Source: Phoronis australis (lineage: Eukaryota > Animalia > Phoronida). Taken from it: a stretch of DNA of 64,000 bases. Shown piece after piece: positions 62,401-64,000 of the stretch. Made by a program: the position numbers and the translations under genes. The stretch lies in assembly GCA_002633005.1 (NCBI GenBank), contig NMRA01000060.1:383357-447356 (forward strand), given 5' to 3'. The notes beneath the pieces were generated by a model. That model was not told the DNA's origin and did not search any database. It saw nothing but the letters and a program-made list of their open reading frames with translations. Within the stretch, counting starts at the first letter, position 1, and each line of letters begins with the position of its first letter.

Positions 62401-63134
62401 CTGCACTTGTTCAAGATAAACTATGACAAATAACCGGAAGTGAGCCATAAATTAAAATGGCCAAGTCCAGTAGGTGTACCGTGTGAAACAAAACCTGGGT
62501 TTGTATTCTTTTTACGTAGTAATCGTTCAGTTGATATTTGGTTACGTTGTTAATACGACATTATTTGTGTGTTGTAATTAAACTGCATTGCTGCAGCCAA
62601 GTTGTTAATTTCATTATGCTTGTAATGTAAAGCGTAGTCCCTCGGCCCTCGACCTCGGTTGGCCAATATAGTACTAGTAGTAGGGAGGACAACGTTTTTT
62701 TAATTTTTTTTGCAATACCCATGTGTCATACATTTTTGAAAAGCCCTTGGTGTGAGAAATGAAATGGTACAAAAATCAGAAAAATTAGATGAGCGGTTGA
62801 CGAGAAAATGGCCATTGAAACTCGACGATTATGCGTAAAATATCTGCCTTTTTACATAATTTCGTAAAAAATAAAAGAATATACATGTGCTGCATATAAA
62901 AAGATTCGTCTAATTGAGTCAAACATGGTGGTATGTATTATATAAAATTTGGATCGATTTCTACAGAGATATTGCTGTTTAAGTGTGTTGTTATAGCACA
63001 TAGAACAGGCTCATCATGTTTGATGAAAACAATGGATTACACAGCTTAAAAGATAAAGAGCAAAGACACCACATCAGCTCAGAAATAAATACATCTAAGC
63101 TAGGAGGAAATTTCACATCAAATTACAAGATCAC

Positions 63135-63299
63135 ATTGGTGGATTTGGGGGGGGCAAGGGGGCCTGGCCCGTGCCCCCCTAAAACTCCCATATTATTTCA
63201 TTTGGCAGTTTGAGGGTGCAAATATCTTACGCATAAAATCCTGCGTAATACTCTGCCCTGGCCCCCCCCTTCTATCTAAAAATCCTAGATCTGCCCCTG
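63135..63299. mobile_element. Short GC-rich hAT-like MITE
   Basis: Right end ctagatctgcccctg, degenerate left end ggtggattt, mirrored G/C runs. Confidence 0.55.
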
Positions 63300-64000
63300 A
63301 ATACTACTACATGGGCAACACATCATTGCCCGACAGTGACAGGGGGCTGGGGGAGGCTACACTGGCTCCCCACTTTTTTCAGTGCTGGGTGCCACCCATG
63401 TACTATTAAATTGTATCATGGCAAAAAACATCAGAAAGTAGACAAAAGACCATTTGGGAAAACAAATCACTCTTAACATAAAGAATTTCATCATTTACGC
63501 AACAAAAACTTTGTAGCAACTTTATTTCAAACGGTGAAGTTGCGATGCCATTGAACTTCAACGTAGCCGATGGTGGCGCTCACATGCGGCGACTTAGTGA
63601 ACTAACGACTGCTGTTTGAAAAGTGCCAATGTGCAGCAGTTTGACAGAATTTCTGAAAATTAAATAATTACCAATTAAAAGAGTGATAAATTCCTCATCT
63701 AAAAATCGGGGGGGCATATTGCGCAACTGGAAAAACATCAATCTCCCGACCGACCAAAATTAGGCCTTCCGGACGATCGAAAACTCGCCATGAAAACTTG
63801 GCCTTGACTTCAAGAAAACAACTTGAGGAGATGCGCACGCATCTAAACTACATCCTGTCCAAATTTCATGTTTGTATTTGAGAGTATAGTGCTCTTTTGG
63901 ATAGGAGGAACAAGAGGTACTTTTTCGAAAGTTGATCGCATGGCGGAAAATCGTGCGCTAAAAAAAGCTTACAAAAAATGATTTATCAGCGCTAATTTGA

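Noticed and set aside
58600-64000. DEXI, the vertebrate head-to-head neighbour of CLEC16A
   Set aside because: No DEXI-like ORF recognised upstream

Overview
Eukaryotic (AT-rich, invertebrate-like) genomic window with two convergent spliced genes reconstructed by eye. (1) An indoleamine 2,3-dioxygenase (IDO) family gene on the + strand: 11 coding exons found (7588-23134, 338 aa, open throughout), including a 15-nt microexon; the N-terminal ~60 aa were not located. (2) A complete CLEC16A/GOP-1/Ema orthologue on the - strand: 23 coding exons (58523 to 29298, 1223 aa). Introns and intergenic DNA are dense with mobile elements: a decayed RT+RNase H LINE, a solo LTR, hAT-like MITEs with 8-, 6- and possibly 5-bp TSDs, a Helentron-like element carrying CTCF-like motifs, tRNA-derived SINEs, a four-copy THAP-fragment repeat and Penelope-like relics. 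Most notable: a complete minimal type-I hammerhead ribozyme motif (43275-43322) in the sense orientation of a CLEC16A intron, plus two degenerate ones in the same orientation, and tandem amplification of splice-site-containing sequence at two CLEC16A exon borders. Nothing seen amounts to a demonstrated new system; the hypotheses below need testing. Assembly gap at 59508-59761.
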